From Tubiluchus corallicola (Eukaryota > Animalia > Priapulida), in the NCBI GenBank assembly GCA_030141605.1, contig JAQGDQ010000049.1:62001-126000 (forward strand): 64,000 bases of DNA, in the 5' to 3' direction. The notes under the pieces were generated by a model. The model ran no database searches, was not told the origin of the DNA, and saw nothing but the letters and a program-made list of their open reading frames with translations. Both the position numbers and the translations under genes were made by a program. Position 1 is the first letter of the stretch. Each line of letters begins with the position of its first letter. Below are positions 40,273 to 53,800 of this stretch, one piece after another.

Positions 40273-41605
40273 ATATGATATTGAATCAAGCAATGAAAGT
40301 AGCTGTCGCAATAAATTTCTGTTAGGGAATTATAGAGAAATTGCAGAATACATTAAACTTATTCAGTTGCATAATGATTGCTAAAAGGTCTGTAAAATCT
40401 CGTCATAGTGTATCGATCTAACTTTTTTGCTGTCCAATGATGCTGCTAATACAGAATGACTTTGAAACGCAGGGTATGAACGAGTCATGTTCCAGCTGCA
40501 AACTGTTAAAGGAACCTTTTTTGCCCCGCAAAAATGTTTGTGTTTTGCAAACAAACATCTTGATTGACAAGCCATCAGATCCGTAATTATTGTCCTAGTT
40601 ATTAAAGTTTGAAATTAATCACCTTGTAGTTGAAATGAGAAAAAACTTCTAGAAATGGAAACCTTCACGGGTCGTTTATTTTCTGGAAGTTTGGATTTTC
40701 ACAGAAATATTATCGGGAAATCGCTGTGAGAGCATAAATTTTAGGCAATAGTCGCGTTTTTGCGAGTAATCGATAAGTAACCTTGTAATCAGACTAATTC
40801 GAATTTAGTATTTTGCGATTCGTGGTTTGTAATTTTGTGAAACCATGCCATACCAAGCCATTCCGCCCGCGTAAACATGCGGCACAATAACATTATGAAT
40901 TGTTTAGACACCATAGAAAAGGATACCCAGGACTTTGTACTCAATAACTCATACTTCGACTGGCGTACATGCATGTTTACGCTATCTTGCCACTGGCTTC
41001 TCACAGACTTGTCAGCCTGCACAAGCTCTTGAAGAAGAGCCAGCGACCTTCTATCCATCCATACAGTTCAGAAGCCTTATATAAAGTATAACTAGCCAGT
41101 CTGTAAACTTATTATTACTTTTGAACTTACTGTTGCTTTTGACACTGCTTTAGAGCAAACAAAGCGGGAAAAATAACCTATATTCTGCTTTGTTTCATGA
41201 CCTAGAAGCTGCATTAATTATCGTGCAGCTTTGGGATGTTAAGAAACAACTTTCAAATATTTCGAACATCATTCGATTCTGGAATTCGGGGTCACATCCC
41301 TAAGGATAACGAAAACATCTTTGCTTCGTTCTTGCAAAATGAAACTAAGCTTTGTATGCTGGCCATATCCACGTTGTTTGGTATTCCAGAAACGAAACGG
41401 TACGAACTTGGCGTTATATATTTAACAGCCAGTGTTAATTCAACTGTTACATTAGTTCTGTTGTTGTTCTTTTTTACTGTTTTGTACTGTTACTGTATAC
41501 GTGGGCTTATTTGTAGTGCTTTGCTGATTTAAAGTAATTTTCTACGTATACGTATTATTATAATTAAGATTTTGCCATACTAAAATCTTACTGTTTTTCA
41601 TTGAG

Positions 41606-41636
<31 letters not shown>

Positions 41637-41639
41637 TTT

Positions 41640-42210
41640 GTTTATTCTCCGCACCTGGGGTTTTAAAAAGGTGGCAAGTTTTAAACCCCTGAAGGAGGGG
41701 CCAAAATGCAAAATTTGGGGTCCCCCAATTGGTGACCTTTTACACGCTGAGGGTTACGGACAAAAAACTCACAGGGTACACTCTCTGGGCAAAGTTATCT
41801 ATGTATGCTTGTGACCGGATTTACCGGGTCAAAGGTCACGGAGCGGGCAGGTCTTCATTTATTTTTCTTTATGATACATCTCCTCCCATAGTTTTTAAGC
41901 TAGGGCCACAATATTTGGTATACGTGACTAGGTAGTGTCGTGGCATTGCACGTCACAAACTATGGGACGTGCGCATGTAGCAAACTTTTTCGCTAGGGGG
42001 CAAAAACCGAACAAATGGGGGTCAAGAACAGAAAGTGTCTACGAATAGTACCATGTAGCATATCAAATGAAAGGTCTTGATGAGGCGAATCGAATGGTAT
42101 AGGTTACAATGAGAACAGTTAATCCGCGTCCTCGCTAGGGGGCAAAAACCAAAAAATATGGATCGGGAACAGAAATGCATCAAGTGTCTATGAAAGGTAC
42201 CATGAACAGA
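41640..42210. mobile_element. Non-autonomous interspersed repeat with internal tandem units
   Basis: Preceded by (ATT)/(ATTT) microsatellite. Block tcgctagggggcaaaaacc...gaacagaaa...gtgtcta.gaa..gtaccatg occurs at ~41990 and ~42132. Family not determined. Confidence 0.45.
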
Positions 42211-42778
42211 AAACTGTTCTCTTCATTTTTTAAGGCTCAATTTGATAACTATTATTGCAAAATCTTCAGTTTCTGCTCCCGTCAGAAACATTGTCAACTA
42301 GTATTATATATTATTATTATTATTATTAAATATCATGCATGAACTTATGTTACAGATGTGTCACTTGTGTCATTTCCTTAGATTTTTTTCAAAGACACAG
42401 AATTTTTCAAAACAACAAGTTAAACAAGCCGGAAAAAACTGTGTGCCATTATTGCTAAAATTTACAGTATGTGTTCCTGAGTCCACCGTTTTCACAACAA
42501 ATTAGTCGAAAGCATTTCATCCAACCGCTGATGCAATTTCTCACTTCTTTAAAAGACTTCTCTCAATTCTCAATTTTTCATTTCTTTGGTCCCAGCACTC
42601 ATCGGTTTGCTCCATATATCGAGTACTTAATAGATCACTGAACATGGTTTTTTTTTCAGTTGAAGATTAGATGACGTTATATTGTAATATCATGCTGTGA
42701 AACTTCAACCTTGTAGAGCACTTGCTTCTAATATTATTGTAGTGTAAAAACTTCGGCATATATTTTTTCTGAGCCAGC

Positions 42779-42859
<81 letters not shown>

Positions 42860-42886
42860 AAGAAAGTGGGAGAGGGGAGAGAGAGC

Positions 42887-42956
<70 letters not shown>
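42779..42956. repeat. (GA)n followed by (TTA)n microsatellite
   Basis: Directly visible; the (TTA)n abuts tttatt (AATAAA on minus strand), as expected of a retroelement tail. Confidence 0.95.
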
Positions 42957-43276
42957 AAATCTTTATTGAAAAATTAAAAATAAAACAATAAGCCCTCTAT
43001 TTGCAGGGCACGTAAGTACAAAAATGTTAAAAAAATCTTTACATTATGTACATTAAATAAATTTTTACATTAAATTCTGCACGCTAACAATTCTGATTTA
43101 CGATTTACTAATTCTAAATACATATCTAATATTTGCGTATAATGTTTATACATGTTATACTCTATGTACAAGTAGTATATGTTGTAGCTTATACATACAT
43201 AAATAATCTCACGTTGACGTCATTCGTATATAAACAGTATGCCTGTATAATCAATTTACTGTAAGATCATTTATTT

Positions 43277-43446
<170 letters not shown>

Positions 43447-44149
43447 TTTTCTACATATAGGCCCCCATGTAAGCCTGTATAGAGGTCGTTATATATTAAC
43501 TGGTTTAATTGAAGAAAATTTTGCGTAAATTATTTTTACTTTATGTTTCGTAAAGAATATTTGCGGAATTATTTGGAAATGCGTTCGACTCTCTATAGAA
43601 GTGAATATTAATTCATATCAACCTTCACTGCTTTTGGCGTTCAGATTCGTGCAGAAATCAGACCGTGTTAAGTATTAAATGTGTTGTTACTCATATTATA
43701 ATTGACGCATCTAAATGCACACTAATTGGCCATATCTAACAGGTACAAATGAAGCTTAACTTCGGAGGTGAAAGCTATAATGCAGGCGATTAAATAGGCC
43801 AAATAGGATATTTTGTTGTAATCCATTGCTTTTTCGTTCTGATTCGTGGAGAAGCTAGAATAAGTGACGACATTAGATTTCTAACGATGTTCTGCAGTAG
43901 ACATCTAACTGACAGAGAAAATTGTAGATGCCATTACGTAATAAGATGATAAATTTTCCTTTTTGTTGTTCTTGCCCTTTCAAGGCTTATTGACCTTCTA
44001 TCTTTCCTTCAGAAACAATTATGTGATAAAAACAGAAACAAAATCAAAGAAGGGGACAATGGAATGTCGTATCATATAAAATTTACAAAGTCCGGGCAAT
44101 AAATTCTAGAAGTTAGATGTTGAATGTTAGATGTTAGCAAGTTATAACA

Positions 44150-44775
44150 TACTGAGTGTAATTATACTGTGCTTCTAATTCAATTGCCAATCACATGTAA
44201 CAAGCACCTAAAGCAAATTCAAACAAACAATAAATTTGGTAATAATTCCATAGGCAAACATGCAATTTATCTATTGAACCCCTTCGATCTATTACTAAAC
44301 AATCAGAATCACAGGCTACTTTCAAAACGAAACTGTAACAATACCAACTAAGTAGATTTCAAAAATCAATTCATGTAAATGTTAACTTCTTTAATTCAAA
44401 TAACCACGTCCTCAATAACTGAAAGAGAAGTTTCTTTGATTATAAATTCGCAACTCGTAATTCGAAAATTAAAACGGTAATCTGTTCAAGTAATTTTTGT
44501 TATGTATTATACGAATATATTGTGATAAATTGATATAAATTTTGTCTTACGTTTATTATGTACTTTACTTATAGTATTGTGCCTATGTATTGTATTATAC
44601 ACCTATTGTTTCCATGTATGTAAAGGAGTGTACTGAGTTATTACTTTAGTTTTACTTTTGTGCACTAGTATTTTATTTTGCACCGGATGCATTTGCCTTT
44701 AGCAACGTTTTAATATTGAAAATATTTTAGCACTGAGGATTGCAATTTAATTGTAATTGCAAATAAAGATATATT
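44150..44775 (+). mobile_element. Probable LINE 3' fragment with 3' UTR
   Basis: TCNKHLKQIQTNNKFGNNSIGKHAIYLLN...FKTKL resembles LINE C-termini, followed by a T-rich UTR and a stem-loop plus AATAAA at ~44735-44767. Confidence 0.4.
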
Positions 44776-46254
44776 ACTGTTATACAATAAAGGATTGGTA
44801 TACGTTTGAATGGTAACAGCAGTACAGAAGTCACCATCAACCTATAACCCAGTTAAAGTGCTGGCTTTCTATGTCTATGAGAACGTGTTTTGTCTCTTAC
44901 CATCATAAACCTTAGGTTCTTTAAAAATTCATGTTTCCGCATTATGCGAACTACAATCAATGCGAACCTCACAGATTCCTGCGTATATTAGATATGCTAT
45001 TTGTGTACATTAAGAGATATGTCAGCTAGTGTCAATATTGATCTGATCTTTGCCTCAATCGTCTGTGTCGTCTATGTCCATTCATTATAGGTGGCGCTAA
45101 ATCACTTTTGCCGACGTCAGTAACGTAATAATGTAAGCTAACATTATAAACCTATATGGAATTTCACATTTCCACTAGGTATTTAACGACGCAAATTTTT
45201 TTGAGTGAGACACAGAAACGCAATTCTCCTTTTCATTCTTTTTTCTTATTATCTATCTTTATTCGTTTTCGACCTTCTCTTCATCATCTACTTTCTTCGA
45301 ATCTTTCTGAGTACTAATACTTAGTACATTTATGATTTCGCCTTTTAACAAAGCCTTTCTAAGACTACTGTATAGTTATAGACATGTTTGTTCGAAATTC
45401 TACCGCTTAAAAGGGTTTTTAGGAAATCACAAATATAGACCTATTCAACTTAATGCCTCAAAAAGAAAAGAAAAAAATCCATCGTGTTTCACTAAATAGT
45501 TTCCACTGATCCCATTTAAAAAGGCTTTTAGTTTGGTTGCGCTGTCAGCGTGCTAAATAATTTCGCTATTACAACAGGGCTGAATTTGCCTTGGGCATCA
45601 AATTCTAGAGGACCTCTGGTCAAAGTGTATAATACTTTTATTCACTGCCATAAGTCTTTATTCCTATACATGCTGTCATAATGCGGTTGGTCGATAATCG
45701 AGCCTTCTACAATTTTCCTCGCACTTCTGTGATTCAGGAATATCTGTGAATGCTTCATATTGGTTCTACAGCTCAAATTAGTCGATCTTTATTCTACGTC
45801 GCGCTTGACTATCTATCTAACTAACTGCGCACGACATTGCATGTTATATCTCAAAACCGTTGATCCGATTCCAAGAAAACTTTCACAGCAGATAGGGTCA
45901 GAACTCTAGCTCAGTCACCCCCCCCCCATGATACTTAGCAACCATGGAAAACTTCTAAAATTGTACTTTTCTGGCTTCAAGAAACATTTATCACCTCGAA
46001 CACGAAACTCGGTACTGGGGCATCCCGGACAATTATCTAAAAGTTTGGAATTTTATATGACCACCACTGTGACGTCTTTTTTACTTCCAGGTGGAACAAT
46101 GGCCCCTGCACTATCTGCAGACCGGCTTGTTGCTGTCTACCAGCAGCAAAAAAGGACTAATTTCACATATTTTACTGATCTGAAATCTTTAGGATTCCAC
46201 CCTAAAATTTTACATACTGATCATGCTAATTCGACTAAGGTCATCTGATTCCCT

Positions 46255-46563
46255 AGGAACCTAGATACTGTTGTTTCAGCTACAGATCTGTTTCTAGTGC
46301 TGCCCCTCGTTTATGGAATGCACTTTCAGATGAGGTCAAAAACTCCCGAAGCATTTCTGTTTTTAAACATAAATTTAAAACACGTTTACTCTTAGAAGCT
46401 TTTTAACTTTTTGTTATTTTAATCTGAATTCTGCATAATGTAAGTAAAGTAGTTTTTTAAGCATTTACGTATAATAGTGCTCTTTAAATTAAATGTTTGT
46501 ACGCAAAAGAGCAATTTTATATGGATTTTAGGCAAGAAATTATTATTATTATTTTATTATTAA

Positions 46564-46657
<94 letters not shown>

Positions 46658-46660
46658 TAG
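46255..46660 (+). mobile_element. 5'-truncated L2-type LINE 3' end with (ATT)n tail
   Basis: YRSVSSAAPRLWNALSDEVKNSRSISVFKHKFKTRLLLEAF* at ~46281-46406 is the typical L2 ORF2 C-terminus; a short UTR and (ATT)n at 46540-46657 follow. Confidence 0.8.
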
Positions 46661-48434
46661 TTAACAGATATATATCACCTGTTAAAGATAGTTTACTAAG
46701 TGAGAAATTTTTATTTTTTCTTGAAACTTAATAACAAGAGGGGTAAATTTAAAGTAGGGTGTAAAAGAGTCGCACTGCCACTCTCCGGAGGTCAAGACCA
46801 TTTTGTTAAAAAATAAACAATAACATTTACATCTCACAGTAAACTTACAATTTCAATTTTCCAAAAATTCGTACTTATTCTGCAAAATGTTAAAAAAAGT
46901 TAGTTCTGCTATTTGAAAAGATCTTTACTGTGTTTGCAGTATTTACTCACAGGCAGGATCTTACATCTTCTAGAGAAGGAATTGTGAGTTTTAAACATCT
47001 GTCATCATCCTTGCTGTACCCCCGCATCACTAGACCTTGTTCAAAGTACACTTCCATTTTTAGAGATGTCAGGGGCCTCACAAGTGGAATAATCTGAGGC
47101 CTCTCTTCGTCTAGATACGGCCCTATTACAGTTTGGTTGAAAACGATTAGGCCTTTGAATTTTTTTGGATTAAGGGAAGTATTTGTTGCTTCTTGTCAAA
47201 CCATAACATTCGACAGTGCGTGCAAAAAGTGAAAACAGGTTGCAAAAGATGTTTTTGAGTAAGGAAGAGGAGTTCTTATACGCGAGATTTTCACTAATAA
47301 ACATCGAAGGAGTAATTATAATACGGGGAGCGTCTTAAGTAGGGAAACATGTGTGTTAGATACAATATTGATGAAATCTTACTTACAATTGTATAAAGGG
47401 CAGTAAAGTTTATTTTTGTCTCCACGGTTACAAAATAAGAAGCCACACCTTCTTTTTCCCAAACAAATGAAAAAAGCGCTACTGAATTAAGCTTTGACAG
47501 TATTAAAAAGACTGGATGACGTCACATCCAAATCCCCAAGCACGACCAAGGTTATCACTTGACTATGTCCAATGTGGTTTACTCATGCTGAACAAAATTA
47601 AAAAATACAAACATAACAGTCGATGCCTAACATTGTGTTCTCTTAGAATCTGTGCTGCTTGCGGATTAAAAGTGTTAACTCTGTTAGTAACTTTATTCCG
47701 GACAAATTTTCATTACAAAACAAAAAAATTAAAAAATATATACAAATAATAAGCCTAAACAAAGCTTATGTATTGTGATGAACGCAGATGGTGCTATCTG
47801 CCGGTTACATCCTGAATTGGTAGAAAACGTCAAGTGAAAAGTAAACAAATTTGTAAATCTAGCCGATATGATACGTCTTCCATGCTAGTTGAGCGATTAC
47901 AAAGCAGGTGCTGAATTGTAACGCACACCTGTCCGCGCAGCTGCTGAACCCTGGAATTTCTGCTTGCTAAACTAGTAATTGGTGCTAATATGCACGGGCT
48001 CCATTACAATGCAGGGATGGGGTAAAAATAAATGGCATTTCGACGTTTTAACAATGCTTATAGTTTTTAACAAAATCATAATTATTGATAAATATTCCGC
48101 TTATAATGAGTTACTTGATCCTGACTCTACAACTTTGTTGACGTTTCACAGCACCAGGATGTTATGTTAACTTGTCGTGATAATCTGGTTCAAATGAATT
48201 TTGTTAATATTTGGTTATATAATTTCCTTTTGTCCCTAAATAATTTTGGTAGGCCTAATGGGCATCAATGTCACTTGATAATAGATAATAGGTCGATTGA
48301 TAATAGATTGCTAGCATAGATCCTGTAAATTGTTAAAATGACATTGTTAAGTTGTTGATTATACATGTATAGCTGTAAATACTGCGTAGCCTTGCAAGTA
48401 GAGAGCGCATCTATATGCTCAAGTAAAAAGTTAT

Positions 48435-48467
<33 letters not shown>

Positions 48468-48892
48468 AAATAATAATAATAAATATAACTGATACTACAT
48501 ATCTTAATTGAAGTTTGAAAAAAGTCTGCCGTTACAAAACTAATTTCTCAAAACGCTGCCTGAGGTCATCGAAAAACACCATGGTAATCTTGACCGCTTT
48601 CATCAATTCTGCTGTAAGCCGTGCCAAGAGCAACACCTACACGGTCACCTTTTTTAGTTTGCGTAGGCAAGCTGGCTTCCATTATAGCTTAACGATTGTT
48701 ACTGAATTTTTGATCCCTCTATAATTATATCTGAACGCAGAAAAGCAGTGAAAATCTCCTTGTTGTCGGATCAGTTTTGCTTCTCCATATAGAGTAAAAG
48801 CAGTTTTTAATCCTTTTGGGATGCAGTTTCCATCAGTGAAATCTCCGGCATAAAAACACGTATATAATACAAATCATAATAACTTTCTTTTT

Positions 48893-50214
<1,322 letters not shown>

Positions 50215-50800
50215 CCTTTCTTTTTAGTTGATTTTCATTTACGTTTTCCACATGAATTTTTATCATTATTTAAATTAATGTTATTTTTTGCTTGCTACAA
50301 TTTTCCAGCAGGCCATTACAGAACAATTTATATTTGGAATGTTGAGCTGTATTTTTTGTAAAAAGGAACTCATTGTTAAGAAATTTTTTGCTACATTGTT
50401 TGTGCTGCGCAATATTTATTCGTGTTAAAATTAAAAACTCAGATAAATAGTTAATAAAAGAACTAAAAATTAAAAAGAGCATTTAAAATAAGCTGCACAT
50501 TCAGTATGTGCTATATCTGGTGTACATGACTGTGACAATAGCGCAAGTAAGGTTTAAACACAAGTTTTGTGTCACGTAAGCAACTTTATTATGTATGTAA
50601 GTGCTGGAAGATAGTACATTATCACTTCGCCGATATTTGCAATATTTTTAATTCAGAAATAAAATTGTGGCATCGATAACTGAATGAATATTGTAAATAG
50701 TCCTCCAAATGCTTGTTGCTGAAGATCAGGGAGAAAAGAGCAGTGTGCTTCGTTATGGATCGTGTTTCATTATTGTCCTTATTGACGAAGTTTTTTTGAA

Positions 50801-53800
50801 ATGTCAGAGGTTGATTATCCTATGTGTTGTGGAATGTTATCGAAGTTGCTTGTGTGGTTTTCTTTGGCTAGTGTTGTGGATACCATTTCTTGGCCATATT
50901 TTCCCATTGAAGAACTATGCTCTACGGTGTTCAAGAATAATTCTAGTGATGATATTTTAATAAGAGACATAAACGCGACTGTCATTTCTTCGCCATCCCC
51001 AAATTACGAAAATGTACCAGATGATGCTGATAATTGCACTAACTATATAAAATTCATCTACCCTAATGACAAAGTATCAGCGAAGCGCCATTATGTCATT
51101 CGTTTTATAAAGTTAGAGCTTGACTGTTCTAATGACTACATTCAGATAGGGCACGGTGATCCAGTTGTTTGGGACGACACTATATGCGTTCATGATGGAA
51201 CACCTTTCACTTGGTACGTGACCAACAGCAAAATGGTTGGTCACATTCACGTGAGATTTCAAACCGATGGCATCAAAACTAGTCATAGCGGATTTGAGTT
51301 TTGGGTCACTTCCGTACCAGTGGTCCGTAACACCTGTAAAGATAACCTATGTCAAAATGGCACGTGTGTCACAAATCCGAAAAATTTCTTAGGAGTTTAC
51401 GTGTGCCAGTGCGAACTTGGCTTTACGGGCTTTTACTGTGAAACAGATTTCAATGAATGCGAATGGGATCCTTGTTTAAATGACGGAACGTGTAGTAATA
51501 TACCTGGATCATATATATGTATTTGCCCTACCGGCACGGCTGGAGAATGGTGTGAAAAAGATACAGCTAATGAGTGCACTTCGAAACCTTGCATTTATGG
51601 AGAATGCAGGGATGGTTTTGGCTCCTATACATGTTCATGTCAGTTAGGCTACGAAGGAATTAACTGCCAAATCAATGCAGACGAATGTGCTTCAAGTCCG
51701 TGCTTAAATAATGCAACGTGTTTAGATGGTGTGAATTCATACAGCTGCTCATGTGGAGCAGGCTATACAGGCATCTACTGTGAAACAAACATAGATGAGT
51801 GTGCCTCAAATCCATGCTCAAATGGGGCAACATGTGCAGACGGAGTAAATTCATGGTCATGTATATGTGTATTAGGCTATGTGGGTGTTACTTGCAAGGA
51901 AGAAGTTAATGCTTGTGATTATGGACTGTGCAGAAACGGTGCAACATGCATAATTGAAAATGATCTTTCTTATAAGTGCCTATGCGTAGCAGGTTATACA
52001 GGCATTGCGTGTGATGAAAACATTGATGAGTGTATCTCAAATCCATGTTTAAATGGTGCAACTTGCTTAGATAATGTGAATTCATATAATTGTTCATGTG
52101 TAGTAGGTTATACAGGCATTACCTGTGACATAAACATTGATGAGTGTGTTTCAAGTCCATGTTTAAATGGTGCAACATGTTTAGATAATTTGAATTCCTA
52201 TAATTGCTCATGTGTAGCAGGTTATATGGGAATTTACTGCGAAAGCATTGACGAGTGTGCGTCAAGTCCATGTTTAAATGATGCAACATGCTTAGATGAT
52301 ATAAATTATTATAACTGCACATGCATTGCAGGCTATACAGGCAAAAACTGCGAATTAAACATAGACGAATGTGCCTCACTTCCATGTTTAAATAATGCCT
52401 CGTGCTCAGATTATTTAAACTCATATAACTGCTCATGTGTAGCTGGATATGTAGGCATTTTCTGTGAAATAAATGTTGACGAATGCTTCTCAAGTCCATG
52501 TTTACATGACGCAACTTGTTTGGATGATGTCAATTCATACAATTGCTTGTGTATAACAGGCTATATAGGCACCTTATGTGAGACAAATGAAAATGACTGT
52601 GCCTCAGATCCATGTTTAAATGGTGCAACATGTTTAGATGGTGTAAATTCGTACAATTGTTCCTGCTTACCTGGTTATTCAGGTATCAACTGTGAAGTAA
52701 ACATAAATGAATGTACTTCAAGTCCCTGTTTAAATGGTGCAACTTGTTTAGATGATGTGAACTCATACAACTGTTTATGTGTAGCAGGCTATGAAGGCTT
52801 CTCCTGTGAACTAAATACGAATGAGTGTGCCTCAAGTCCATGCATAAATGGAGCAACATGCTTAGATGGTGTAAATTCGTACAATTGTTCCTGCTTACCT
52901 GGTTATTCAGGTATCAACTGTGAAGTAAACATAAATGAGTGTACTTCAAGTCCCTGTTTAAATGGTGCAACTTGTTTAGATGATGTGAACTCATACAACT
53001 GTTTATGTGTAGCAGGCTATGAAGGCTTCTCCTGTGAACTAAATACGAATGAGTGTGCCTCAAGTCCATGCATAAATGGAGCAACATGCTTAGATGGTGT
53101 AAATTCGTACAATTGTTCCTGCTTACCTGGTTATTCAGGTATCAACTGTGAAGTAAACATAAATGAGTGTACTTCAAGTCCCTGTTTAAATGGTGCAACT
53201 TGTTTAGATGATGTGAACTCATACAACTGTTTATGTGTAGCAGGCTATGAAGGCTTCTCCTGTGAACTAAATACGAATGAGTGTGCCTCAAGTCCATGCA
53301 TAAATGGAGCAACATGCTTAGATGGTGTAAATTCGTACAATTGTTCCTGCTTACCTGGTTATTCAGGTATCAACTGTGAAGTAAACATAAATGAATGTAA
53401 TTCAAATCCATGTTTAAATGTTGCAATATGTTTAGATGACGTGAATTCATACAGTTGCTCGTGTGCAGCGGGTTACGTAGGCACCTACTGTGAAGTAAAC
53501 ATTGATGAGTGCGTCTCAAGTCCATGTCTAAATGGAGCAACGTGTGTAGACAGTGTAAATTCATGGTCGTGTATATGTTCTTCGGATTATACTGGTACCA
53601 CTTGCGAGGAAACAATAAGTGATCTTGCTTGCGGGTTGTGTTTTAATGGGGCAACCTGCGTGGGAAACTTCAACTCCTTCACGTGTGTATGTTTACCAGG
53701 TTACACAGACATCAACTGTGAAACAAATATAGATGAATGTAAATCTAAACCTTGTCTGAATGGTGCAATATGCGTAGACAGTATCAATTCGTATGTTTGC

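Noticed and set aside
39540-41060. GC-richer patches with short ORFs that might be exons or transposon remnants
   Set aside because: No motif I could identify with confidence and no clear splice structure.
50709-50960. 83-aa upstream ORF overlapping the giant gene start out of frame
   Set aside because: No recognisable protein features; whether its ATG is in the mRNA cannot be judged without transcript data.
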